From: Smaragdicoccus niigatensis DSM 44881 = NBRC 103563
GTDB lineage: Bacteria > Actinomycetota > Actinomycetes > Mycobacteriales > Mycobacteriaceae
Length of the DNA stretch: 24,000 bases
Reading direction: 5' to 3'
Assembly (NCBI RefSeq): GCF_000380645.1
Contig: NZ_AQXZ01000019.1
Span: forward strand, 624,761-648,760
Part shown: positions 7,263-15,159 of the stretch, in pieces
Layout: every line of letters begins with the position of its first letter
How positions within the stretch are numbered: position 1 is the stretch's first letter
Notes under the pieces: generated by a model
Databases searched by the model: none
Told to the model about the DNA's origin: nothing
Seen by the model: the letters and a program-made list of their open reading frames with translations, nothing else
Translations under genes and position numbers: made by a program

Positions 7263-8480
7263 ATGATTTTCCCAAGCCGCGCAGGCGGCCGAATTTGCCG
7301 TGTCCTCATGGTCCTCGTCGTCGCTTTGCTCGCCGGCCTCGTGTCGTCGCCGGTGGCGAGCGCGCACGGTGAGCAGACGCAGGAAGCGTTCCTTCGTGCC
7401 TCGACGGTCTTGATCTACGACGTCAAGTTCGACAAGACGAAGGTCAAGGTCGGCGAGGACCTCACCATCACCGGTGTCGTCCGGATCATGGACTCGTGGC
7501 CGGACCACACCATCAAGGAGCCGAAGACCGGTTACCTGTCGATCGTCGCCCCCGGCCCGAAGTTCCTCGTCCGCGAACGCTGGCTCAACGGCCAGTTCAC
7601 GCCGCAATCGGTCAACATCCACAAGGGCGAGACGTTCCCGTTCAAGCTCGTGGTCACCGCACGCACCGAAGGGCACTGGCATGTGCACCCCTCGTTCGCA
7701 ATCGAGGGCACAGGAACGCTCGTCGGCCGCGGCGAGTGGATCGACGTCGAGCCCGGCACGCTGAACAACGACGTGAAACTTGCCGGCGGTGAGGTCGTCA
7801 ATGCTTCGACCTACGGCCTCGCTCGAGTGGCGACCTGGCACCTGATCGGCATTGGCCTCGCGGTGTTCTGGCTGATCTTCTGGCTGCGTCGACCGATCAT
7901 CGCCCGTCTCGCACGCGTCGAAAGCGGCGACACCAAGCTGATCACGTCGCTCGATCGCAAGGTCGCCGGTGGACTGATCATTGCGGTTCTCGTTGCACTG
8001 GTCGCTGGCAACATCTATGCGAACGAGACCGGCAACCTCGACCCGATGCCGCTGCAGATCGACCGCATCACGCCGGTTCCGGCCGCTGAGTCTGCGCCGC
8101 TCGTCGAATCGAAGATCACCAAGGCCGAGTACAACAAGAGCACCGACACCCTGGACTTCACGCTCCACGTGAAGAACACGACGTCGTCGCCGGTCAAGCT
8201 GTCGCAGCTCCAGATCGCCGAAGTCACGTTCGTCCCGGTCGGCAAGCCCGAGAACGGATCGGTCGAGGGCCTCACGATCACCGGCAACGAGGTCGCCCCG
8301 GGGCAGGAGGTGGACCTCAAGGTGTCCATCGACGGCGCCAAGATGCGAGAGCACAACCTGCTTCCGCTCAAGGAGCCGCAGGTTCGCCTGACCGGTCTGA
8401 TGTTCTTCACGGACGCGGCCGGCCACCGTCAGGTGTCGGAGATCGACGAAGTCACCTCGCCGATCTTCCCCGGCAAGTGA
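7263..8480 (+). CDS. pmoB: Copper membrane monooxygenase subunit B precursor (PmoB/AmoB/HmoB family)
   Basis: 405 aa from the ATG at 7263, with GGAG upstream. Signal peptide ends ...SSPVASA|HGEQTQEAFLR, which would leave an N-terminal His as in PmoB (HGEKSQAAFMR). EGHWHVHPSF supplies the H-x-H pair. Two central TM helices are flanked by RRPIIARLARV and LDRKVAGGL. The C-terminal LMFFTDAAGHRQVSEIDEVTSPIFP matches LLFFFDATGNRQVVQIDAPLIPSF. Confidence 0.95.
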   Translation: MIFPSRAGGRICRVLMVLVVALLAGLVSSPVASAHGEQTQEAFLRASTVLIYDVKFDKTKVKVGEDLTITGVVRIMDSWPDHTIKEPKTGYLSIVAPGPKFLVRERWLNGQFTPQSVNIHKGETFPFKLVVTARTEGHWHVHPSFAIEGTGTLVGRGEWIDVEPGTLNNDVKLAGGEVVNASTYGLARVATWHLIGIGLAVFWLIFWLRRPIIARLARVESGDTKLITSLDRKVAGGLIIAVLVALVAGNIYANETGNLDPMPLQIDRITPVPAAESAPLVESKITKAEYNKSTDTLDFTLHVKNTTSSPVKLSQLQIAEVTFVPVGKPENGSVEGLTITGNEVAPGQEVDLKVSIDGAKMREHNLLPLKEPQVRLTGLMFFTDAAGHRQVSEIDEVTSPIFPGK

Positions 8481-8710
8481 CCAATACGATTGTCGCTATG
8501 ACGACTGGAATCCCCCTCGCACACATCGGCGGGGTTCCAGTCGTCGAGGGCGCGGCGCTGGTTCTGATCGTCGCCGTGCCGGTCATCGCGATCGTTCTCG
8601 CCGTCGTTCTCGGCGGTCGCATGCTCGCGAAGGTCGAGGCGGAGAAGGCGGCACAGGACGCCGAGAACTTGGCCGCAGAGGGCGAGACAACGTCAGAGCA
8701 GGAGACCTAG
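8477..8710 (+). CDS. Small single-pass membrane protein with acidic helical tail, translationally coupled to subunit B; candidate fourth CuMMO component (alternative ATG start at 8498)
   Basis: The GTG at 8477 overlaps the pmoB stop (GTGA). 77 aa with a hydrophobic core (VVEGAALVLIVAVPVIAIVLAVVLGG) followed by a charged tail (RMLAKVEAEKAAQDAENLAAEGETTSEQET). No family recognised. Too small, and lacking a cupredoxin-sized soluble domain, to be PmoD. Confidence 0.6.
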   Translation: MTNTIVAMTTGIPLAHIGGVPVVEGAALVLIVAVPVIAIVLAVVLGGRMLAKVEAEKAAQDAENLAAEGETTSEQET

Positions 8711-9441
8711 CGCAATCCTGCGTGCATCTCCCACACCATCACCTCGGCGGACTCCGTCGAGGTGATGTTTTGTCCACCGCTCGAGGTCAAGCGGACCGCG
8801 TCACCGGCGTGAAGTCCCCCGACGGATTCGAAGTCGACCGCTCCGCGGCTGACGAACACGTGCCCGAACAACGCATCCGGAACATCGACCGACTGGCCGG
8901 GCTCGAGGCGCGCGACGTGCAGCGCAGCGAACCGGTTGCCGATCCGGATTGCCGAGTCATGCTTCGGCATCCCCGACGCGAGCGTCACCAAACGGTTGGA
9001 CGCCAACTCAGAGCTGATGTCGAGCTGCTCGTAACTCGGTGTCCGGCCGAGTTCATCTGGCGGGATCCACATCTGCACAACCCGCAGAGATTCACCTTGC
9101 GCGCGCAGCGACCCGTTCTTCTCGGAATGCCGGATGCCGGTGCCGGCGCTCATCCGCTGCGCCAGACCGGGATGGATCAGCCCCGAGTGCCCCATCGAAT
9201 CCTGATGGACGACAGTGCCTTCCAGCACCCAGGTGATGATCTCCATGTTCTGGTGCTGGTGCGAGTCGAAGCCCTCACCCGGGTCGACTCGATCCTCGTT
9301 GTGGATCAGCAGGAGACCATGCGCATTGGCTTCGAGATCGAAGTTGCCGGTCGCCGGAAAGGACTGCCGGGAATCAAGCCACTCGTTCCACCAGTGGATT
9401 CGGTCGTTTCCACGAACGACCTTGATCGCTTCAGCCAACAT
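8707..9441 (-). CDS. Pirin family protein (bicupin, quercetinase/YhhW-like)
   Basis: 244-aa ORF. Cupin metal-binding region GFDSHQHQNMEIITWVLEGTVVHQDSMGH, then MSAGTGIRHSEKN. GGAGG lies 6 nt upstream of the ATG at 9441. Confidence 0.85.
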   Translation of the reverse strand: MLAEAIKVVRGNDRIHWWNEWLDSRQSFPATGNFDLEANAHGLLLIHNEDRVDPGEGFDSHQHQNMEIITWVLEGTVVHQDSMGHSGLIHPGLAQRMSAGTGIRHSEKNGSLRAQGESLRVVQMWIPPDELGRTPSYEQLDISSELASNRLVTLASGMPKHDSAIRIGNRFAALHVARLEPGQSVDVPDALFGHVFVSRGAVDFESVGGLHAGDAVRLTSSGGQNITSTESAEVMVWEMHAGLR

Positions 9442-9507
9442 GCTTGCCTCCTGAAGGATTCAAGGAGTGAGCACCAGATTTTGTTCCCTTGACAACCTTT
9501 CCTGCTG

Positions 9508-12500
9508 CTACCCGCGCGTACTGGGCTTGACCAGCGGGAACGCCAAGGTGTCGCGGATGCTCTTGCCCGTCACGAGCATGACGATGCGGTCCACACCGAG
9601 TCCGAGACCGCCGGTCGGCGGCATCGCGTGTTCGAGTCCGCGCAGGAAGTCCTCGTCGAGTTCCATCGCGTCGGCGTCACCACCGGCGGCGAGCAACGAC
9701 TGCTCCGTCAGCGTGCGGCGTTGTTCGATCGGATCGGTGAGTTCGCTGTAGGCCGTCCCGAGTTCGACACCCCACGCCACCAGATCCCAGCGCTCGGCCA
9801 GGCCCGCGATCGAGCGATGTGGACGCGTGAGAGGCGAGATCTCGGCCGGGAAGTCGATATAGAACGTCGGGGCCTCGGTCCGGGCTTCGACGAGGCGTTC
9901 GTAGATCTCCAGTGCGATCTGCGCAGCGGTCCAGTTCGCGAGGTACGGAACACCGGATCGGTCCGCCGCCGAACGCAGCTCGTTCAGCGTCGACCCAACG
10001 TCGAGGGCTTCGCCGACCGCGGTCGAGATCGCGTCGTAGAACGAGACCACGGGCCAGTCTCCCGAGATGTCGACGGCAGCCAACTCACCGTCCTCGTTCG
10101 GGCGAAGCACCACCGGCGTTCCGTGCACGGCGACCGCCGCCCGCACGATGAGGTCCTGGCACCGGGCCAGCATGCCGCGATAGTCGGTGTACGCCTCGTA
10201 CGCTTCGAGCAGCGTGAACTCCGGGTTGTGCGACGAGTCCGCGCCCTCGTTGCGGAACGTCCGGCCGATCTCGAAGACCTTCTCGACACCGCCGACCATG
10301 AGCCGCTTGAGGTACAACTCGGGCGCGATCCGCAGGTACAGATCGACGTCGTAAGCATTGATGTGGGTGACGAACGGCCGGGCCGCCGCGCCACCGTGGA
10401 TCGGCTGCAGAATCGGCGTCTCGACCTCGAGGTACTTCCACTCGCGGAAGCCGTCGCGCAGCGCCGACACGACCGCACTACGCGCGATCAGGGTCGACCG
10501 CACCTCGGGATTGATCGCGAGGTCAAGGTAGCGCGCACGCACTCGAGCCTCGGGGTCGACGAATCCGCGCCACTTGTCCGGCATCGGATGGAGCGACTTG
10601 CCATTCATTCGCCAGTCCCGAGCGTCGACCGACTTCTCCCCCGATCGACTCGTCGTCGTGACCCCGCCGACCTCGAGGAGATCGCCGAGGTCGACCGACG
10701 CCATGAACTTGGCCAGATCGTTTGCCTCGAGTCGGTCGCGTTCGAAGATGACCTGAACGTCGCCGGACCAGTCGCGCAGCAATGCGAAACACACGCCACC
10801 GTGATCGCGCAGGCGCAGCACGCGTCCCGCGATGCGAACATCGGTACCGATCGGTGCCGCGAGGGTGTGCGCGATCGAGTCCATGCGGACCGTCGTGTCC
10901 GCGACCGGATAGGCCTCGACGTTCTCCGCCGCCATGCGGGCGACCTTGTCGATGCGAACCTGGACCTGCTCGGGCCGGCGGCTGACCTTCGTCGTCGCCT
11001 GCTGGGACAGGATCTCGGCGACGAGCTCGGGGACGGACGCAGCGACGCCGGTGTGGGCCTTCGCGTCGACCGGGCCGATCCGCGGAATGAAGCCTTCCGC
11101 GATGGCACCGGCGATACCGACCTTCAGCAGCTGACGCCGGTCGTCGAACGCGATGTACCGCGGCACCCATTCGGGCTGGTACTTCGTGTTCGACCGATAC
11201 ATCGCCTCGAGCTGCCACCAGCGCGAGAAGAAGATCAAAACCGTGCGCCACGTGCGCAGAATCGGACCGGCACCGATGCGTCCGCCTTCCTCGAACACCG
11301 TCCGCATGACCGCGAAGTTCAGCGAGATCCGGCTGATGCCGTGCCGCCCGGCGTCGAGCACGAGGTGCGACACCATGAGTTCCATGACGCCGTTGGGACC
11401 GGCCTTGTCACGACGCATGAGGTCGAGTGAGGCACCGTTGTTGCCCCACGGCACGAGCGACAGCATGCCGAGCGGCGTGCCTTTCGCGTCGAGCGCTTCG
11501 ACGAGCAGGCAGTCGCCGTCGAGTGGGTCGCCGAGACGGCCCAGCGCCATCGAGAATCCGCGTTCGACTTCGGTGTCGCGCCAACGATCCGCCCGCTCCA
11601 TGACCTCGGCCATCTCGTCCTCGGCGAGTTCGCGATGGCGTCGGATACGCACGCTGAAGCCCTGCCGAAGCAGTCGGTTGGCGGCCTGCCGCACCGGCTT
11701 CATCTCGGGGCCTTTCAGCGTGAAGCGATCCGGGTGCAGGATCGCTTCGTCACCGAGTTGCAGGATCGACAGTCCGGCCCGCTGGTAGGCCCGGGCACCG
11801 ATTTCGCTCGCGCCCATGACGCCCGGGGCCCAGCCGTACTTCGCGGCGACCTCGAGCCACGCCTCGATGGCGTGCGGCCACGCCTCCCGAATTCCGATCG
11901 GGTCACCGCTGGCAATGATGACGCCCATTTCCACGCGATACGTGACGCACGCTTTTCCACTCGGCGCGAAAACGACGGCCTTGTCGCGACGGGTGGCGAA
12001 ATAGGCCAGCGAGTCCGCGACATCGGAACGTTCGATGAGCGCCCGAATTGCTTGTTCGTCCGCGGTCGTCAATGCATTTCGAGAACGCTGCGAACGGAAC
12101 AGGATCAGGGCTGCACCCAGAAGTGCCATCGCGCCGAACAAACCGAGGAGGAAATTGATGATCGGACGCGGGTGACCACTGAACTCGGCATTTCCGGCGA
12201 AAAACACGGCCGTCACCCGGTTCAGCGAATACACCAGTCGTTCATCCCGGGGCAGCGTGCCCGGGAACAATTCGACAAGTCCCCAACCGAGCAACGACCC
12301 GGCGGTCAATCCGGCGACCAGTGCGCCCAGTGCTTTCCAGGGCGCACCGGGGCGCACCCGGGTGTAAAACGCATTCCGCGAGGCGACGAGCAGTGCGAGG
12401 AAGACAACCTGAACAGCTAGCGCGACACCGGCACTGACATCGCCCTTGGTGAAGGCCCAGTAGGCGTTGTGCACGGCATAGCTGACGACGTAGGCCCCCA

Positions 12501-12912
12501 GAAACCACCATGCGAGCCGCTTGCGACTCGCGACCGCACCCGCCACGAGGGCGAGAACGACGGCCCAGGCGAGCGACGTGTCCGGTGCGTCGAAATAGTA
12601 CGTATCGAGGTAGGCGCGAATTCCCCGAGTCACGTGCCGGAGTGCGGGCGAAATACTCCAGAATCCGCACAGGATGGCCAGCACGCCGATAATTGAACCG
12701 GCGATATGTGGAAATTCAGACAATCTGCCACGCACGTGCTGCCACGGCCGGATCGATTTCTTCCGGGCGGCATTCGAAGAATTGGAAAGCACCTCAGAAG
12801 CTTCGGACGTCGAACTGTGAGAATGCTGAGCGACGCGCCCGTCAGTGATGAGTATTACCGCAAAGGCCCGACAATTCAGGCGCTTCGGACGCGCCTGGCG
12901 AGTTCTCGGCAA
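9508..12912 (-). CDS. lysX: Bifunctional lysylphosphatidylglycerol synthetase / lysine-tRNA ligase LysX (start uncertain: TTG 12912, or in-frame GTG at 12792 or 12735)
   Basis: 1134-aa ORF. The N-terminal half is polytopic membrane plus an MprF-type synthase domain. The C-terminal half is a class II LysRS with an OB-fold region, motif 2 ([25 protein letters not shown]) and motif 3 ([16 protein letters not shown]). This architecture matches mycobacterial LysX. Confidence 0.9.
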   Translation of the reverse strand: MPRTRQARPKRLNCRAFAVILITDGRVAQHSHSSTSEASEVLSNSSNAARKKSIRPWQHVRGRLSEFPHIAGSIIGVLAILCGFWSISPALRHVTRGIRAYLDTYYFDAPDTSLAWAVVLALVAGAVASRKRLAWWFLGAYVVSYAVHNAYWAFTKGDVSAGVALAVQVVFLALLVASRNAFYTRVRPGAPWKALGALVAGLTAGSLLGWGLVELFPGTLPRDERLVYSLNRVTAVFFAGNAEFSGHPRPIINFLLGLFGAMALLGAALILFRSQRSRNALTTADEQAIRALIERSDVADSLAYFATRRDKAVVFAPSGKACVTYRVEMGVIIASGDPIGIREAWPHAIEAWLEVAAKYGWAPGVMGASEIGARAYQRAGLSILQLGDEAILHPDRFTLKGPEMKPVRQAANRLLRQGFSVRIRRHRELAEDEMAEVMERADRWRDTEVERGFSMALGRLGDPLDGDCLLVEALDAKGTPLGMLSLVPWGNNGASLDLMRRDKAGPNGVMELMVSHLVLDAGRHGISRISLNFAVMRTVFEEGGRIGAGPILRTWRTVLIFFSRWWQLEAMYRSNTKYQPEWVPRYIAFDDRRQLLKVGIAGAIAEGFIPRIGPVDAKAHTGVAASVPELVAEILSQQATTKVSRRPEQVQVRIDKVARMAAENVEAYPVADTTVRMDSIAHTLAAPIGTDVRIAGRVLRLRDHGGVCFALLRDWSGDVQVIFERDRLEANDLAKFMASVDLGDLLEVGGVTTTSRSGEKSVDARDWRMNGKSLHPMPDKWRGFVDPEARVRARYLDLAINPEVRSTLIARSAVVSALRDGFREWKYLEVETPILQPIHGGAAARPFVTHINAYDVDLYLRIAPELYLKRLMVGGVEKVFEIGRTFRNEGADSSHNPEFTLLEAYEAYTDYRGMLARCQDLIVRAAVAVHGTPVVLRPNEDGELAAVDISGDWPVVSFYDAISTAVGEALDVGSTLNELRSAADRSGVPYLANWTAAQIALEIYERLVEARTEAPTFYIDFPAEISPLTRPHRSIAGLAERWDLVAWGVELGTAYSELTDPIEQRRTLTEQSLLAAGGDADAMELDEDFLRGLEHAMPPTGGLGLGVDRIVMLVTGKSIRDTLAFPLVKPSTRG

Positions 12913-13598
12913 CCGGACAGGTAGCGCGCCACGATCAGCGCGGCCACATCTTCGTGCGGGCCGATCGGATCAGCAACGCCGTCGGCGCCGGCATCGTGGA
13001 GACGCTGTTGGAAGAGTCCGTGCGCAAGCAGATACGACGCGATGAACACTCGGCGGTGCCCTTGCGTGCGTAGCGCCGCGACGACATCGGCGACTTTCGG
13101 GGTCCCGGTGGCGACATTGGCGAGATGAACGCGCTGGCCGATGACCTCGGAGAGCATCGCGGATGCCTTGCGAGCGTCCTGACGGGCCCGGCGGTCGCTC
13201 GATCCGGCCACCGCCATGACCACGGTGTCCCCCGGGAGCCAGCCGGCAGACCGGAGCCGACGAGCGACGACACCGGCCAGAACGGGATCCGGACCGAGTG
13301 CGCGGGTGACCGCGACGGTCTCATGGCCGCTCTCTTCGACGTCGCGCGGCACGTCCGTGTACACGTGGTACCCCGACGCGAGGAACGCCGGAACGAGCAC
13401 GGCATCGTCCCCGCAATCCCGCAGCACATCGACGGGACTGGGGCCGATGACGTCGACGAACGCGACGCGCACGTCATGGACGTGTCTGCGCACCTCGGCC
13501 GCCAGCGCCGAGATCATGTCGATCCCGTGCCGGCTCCGAGTTCCGTGCGCAACGAGGACGAGGGTCGTGCCGTTGCTGTCGGCATTTCGGCCGAGCAT
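12876..13598 (-). CDS. Sirohydrochlorin chelatase, CbiX/SirB family (Rv0259c-like)
   Basis: Two CbiX-like half-domains ([14 protein letters not shown]...; [17 protein letters not shown]...; [10 protein letters not shown]). The ATG at 13598 is preceded by GGAGAGG and lies 2 nt after the upstream gene's stop. The longer ATG at 13622 has no SD. Confidence 0.8.
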   Translation of the reverse strand: MLGRNADSNGTTLVLVAHGTRSRHGIDMISALAAEVRRHVHDVRVAFVDVIGPSPVDVLRDCGDDAVLVPAFLASGYHVYTDVPRDVEESGHETVAVTRALGPDPVLAGVVARRLRSAGWLPGDTVVMAVAGSSDRRARQDARKASAMLSEVIGQRVHLANVATGTPKVADVVAALRTQGHRRVFIASYLLAHGLFQQRLHDAGADGVADPIGPHEDVAALIVARYLSGCRELARRVRSA

Positions 13599-13600
13599 CG

Positions 13601-14752
13601 TCAATCCTCTCCGTCCGCGCATTCGGCGTGGTCAACCGCCAGTCGGTAACCGCGCTTGACCACTGTCTGAATAATCTTCGGCGCACCGAGACACGAGCGC
13701 AAACGAGCGATCGCCGTCTCCACGGCGTGGGTGTCGTCTCCGCCACCCGGAAGGGTCGCCAGAAGTTCCTCGCGAGCCACCACTCGACCGGGGTGACGCG
13801 CCAGCGCACGCATGAGCGACATCGCGGCCGGCGGGAGGTTCTTGACCTCCGAATCGACGACGACGCAGCCTCCGCGGACGCTGAGCGTATGGCCGGCGGC
13901 CCGAATCCGGTTCGCCCGGCGCGGCAGCTCCTCGGCGACGTGCCGAGCGAGTGCACCCAGCCGCGAACGCTGCGGCGCTGTGGTGGGAACGCTCAGCTCG
14001 TCGAGCGGAGCCGATGTGATCGGCCCGACGACGGCAGCGAGAACCCGCGTCCGCAGGGCGTACAGCAGCGGCTCGATAAGACCGAGTTCCTTGGCGCGCG
14101 TCAGAATCGATGCGACGGCCGGCGCGCTCGTGAACGTGACGCAGTCGAGGCCGCCGGTCACGATCATCTCGATCATGCGGTCGATCTGGGTCAGGTCCTG
14201 CGGCGGTACCCAGCGGTACACCGGAACCGGAATGACGACGGCGCCGGCCTCCCGGAGAACCTCGCAGACGTCGGCCTGTGGTTCCCATTCGGTCGTCGCA
14301 CCATGCAGCTGCACTGCGATCCGCACACCCTCGACGCCCTCTTCGAGGAGCCGGTCGAGAACCTCGGCCGACGACTCCGACGCCGGGGACCATTCTTCGC
14401 GCAGGTCAGCCGCACGCATCGCGCCCATGACCTTGGGTCCGCGAGCGAGCAGCCGCGCCGACCCCATGACTTCCTTGAGTTCCTCGGCCAGGCCCCAGCC
14501 CTCGGCCGCTTCCATCCAGCCGCGGAAACCGATACCGGTGGTACCGACGACGATCTTGGGCGGGTTGACGATGATCTCGCGGGTGACGCGCTCGAGTTCG
14601 GTGTCGTCGGAAAGTGGAATGATCCGGATCGCCGGCGCACTCACCACCGTGGCGCCACGGCGAGTCAGCAGCGTGCCGAATTCCTCGGCACGCCGCGCCG
14701 CCGTCACACCGATGGTGAATCCTGCCAGCGGTGTGGTGTCTTCCTCGGTCAC
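13601..14752 (-). CDS. Uroporphyrinogen-III synthase (HemD)-like domain fused to a C-terminal OmpR/PhoB-type winged-helix DNA-binding domain (Rv0260c-like)
   Basis: 383 aa. The N-terminal ~250 aa have the HemD-like pattern (FTIGVTAARRAEEFGTLLTRRGATVVSAPAIRIIPL ... VTFTSAPAV). The C-terminal ~95 aa match trans_reg_C (LSVRGGCVVVDSEVKNLPPAAMSLMRALARHPGRVVAREELL...VETAIARLRSCLG...IQTVVKRGYRLAV). Its ATG overlaps the nirD stop (ATGA). Confidence 0.85.
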   Translation of the reverse strand: MTEEDTTPLAGFTIGVTAARRAEEFGTLLTRRGATVVSAPAIRIIPLSDDTELERVTREIIVNPPKIVVGTTGIGFRGWMEAAEGWGLAEELKEVMGSARLLARGPKVMGAMRAADLREEWSPASESSAEVLDRLLEEGVEGVRIAVQLHGATTEWEPQADVCEVLREAGAVVIPVPVYRWVPPQDLTQIDRMIEMIVTGGLDCVTFTSAPAVASILTRAKELGLIEPLLYALRTRVLAAVVGPITSAPLDELSVPTTAPQRSRLGALARHVAEELPRRANRIRAAGHTLSVRGGCVVVDSEVKNLPPAAMSLMRALARHPGRVVAREELLATLPGGGDDTHAVETAIARLRSCLGAPKIIQTVVKRGYRLAVDHAECADGED

Positions 14753-15159
14753 GCCGTGCTGCTTTCGCGCGTTCGCATCATTGAAGCCACTTCCACCATG
14801 CCATCGATCACCCGAACGTCATACACCGGCAGCGACTTGGTGTCGTCGTCGAGGCAGCGGCCGTCGATGAGCGAGAAGACCTGCTTCAGCAGCGGCGAGG
14901 CGACGGTCGGCTCGCCCTTGCGGTCGCCGACGAGGCCGCGCGACATGACTGCCGCCCGCCCGAACGGGTCGATGTTGCCGACTGCGAAGAGGCGGTCGCC
15001 CGGCAGGCGGAACAGTGCCGCCTGCTTGCCGCCGGGCAGCAGCACCGCGACGCCGCGGTTCGGGATGAGGAAATCGAGCGCGCACGCCTTGGTCCAGGCG
15101 CTATCCATCGGAGCACTCCCGGTCGTTTCGACAGTGGTCATCTGAACTGAGGTGGTCAT
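14749..15159 (-). CDS. nirD: Nitrite reductase [NAD(P)H] small subunit NirD (Rieske-like fold)
   Basis: 136 aa from the ATG at 15159, which overlaps the nirB stop (TAATG). The sequence WTKACALDFLIPNRGVAVLLPGGKQAALFRL...PFGRAAVMSRGLVGD...VASPLLKQVFSLIDGRCLDD is typical NirD. The longer 230-aa ORF version overlaps nirB and is Arg-rich junk. Confidence 0.9.
   Translation of the reverse strand: MTTSVQMTTVETTGSAPMDSAWTKACALDFLIPNRGVAVLLPGGKQAALFRLPGDRLFAVGNIDPFGRAAVMSRGLVGDRKGEPTVASPLLKQVFSLIDGRCLDDDTKSLPVYDVRVIDGMVEVASMMRTRESSTA

Noticed and set aside
5642-8426. Minus-strand ORFs of 263, 243 and 392 aa antisense to the CuMMO C, A and B genes
   Set aside because: They are Arg/Asp-rich junk translations. 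The + strand products align residue by residue to PmoC, PmoA and PmoB.
8477-8710. Possibility that the fourth CuMMO gene is pmoD/amoD
   Set aside because: As I recall, PmoD/AmoD-type proteins are considerably larger, with a periplasmic cupredoxin-like domain. This product is 77 aa with one TM helix and an acidic tail and shows none of that.
8707-8710. CTAG where the stop codons of the small CuMMO-linked ORF (TAG, +) and pirin (TAG, -) overlap palindromically
   Set aside because: It is real in the sequence, but it is most simply a consequence of tight convergent packing. There is no hairpin or other structure around it to suggest function.
9628-11430. 600-aa + strand ORF antisense to lysX
   Set aside because: Same high-GC antisense artefact. 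It has no recognisable domains, and LysRS motifs 2 and 3 are on the minus strand.
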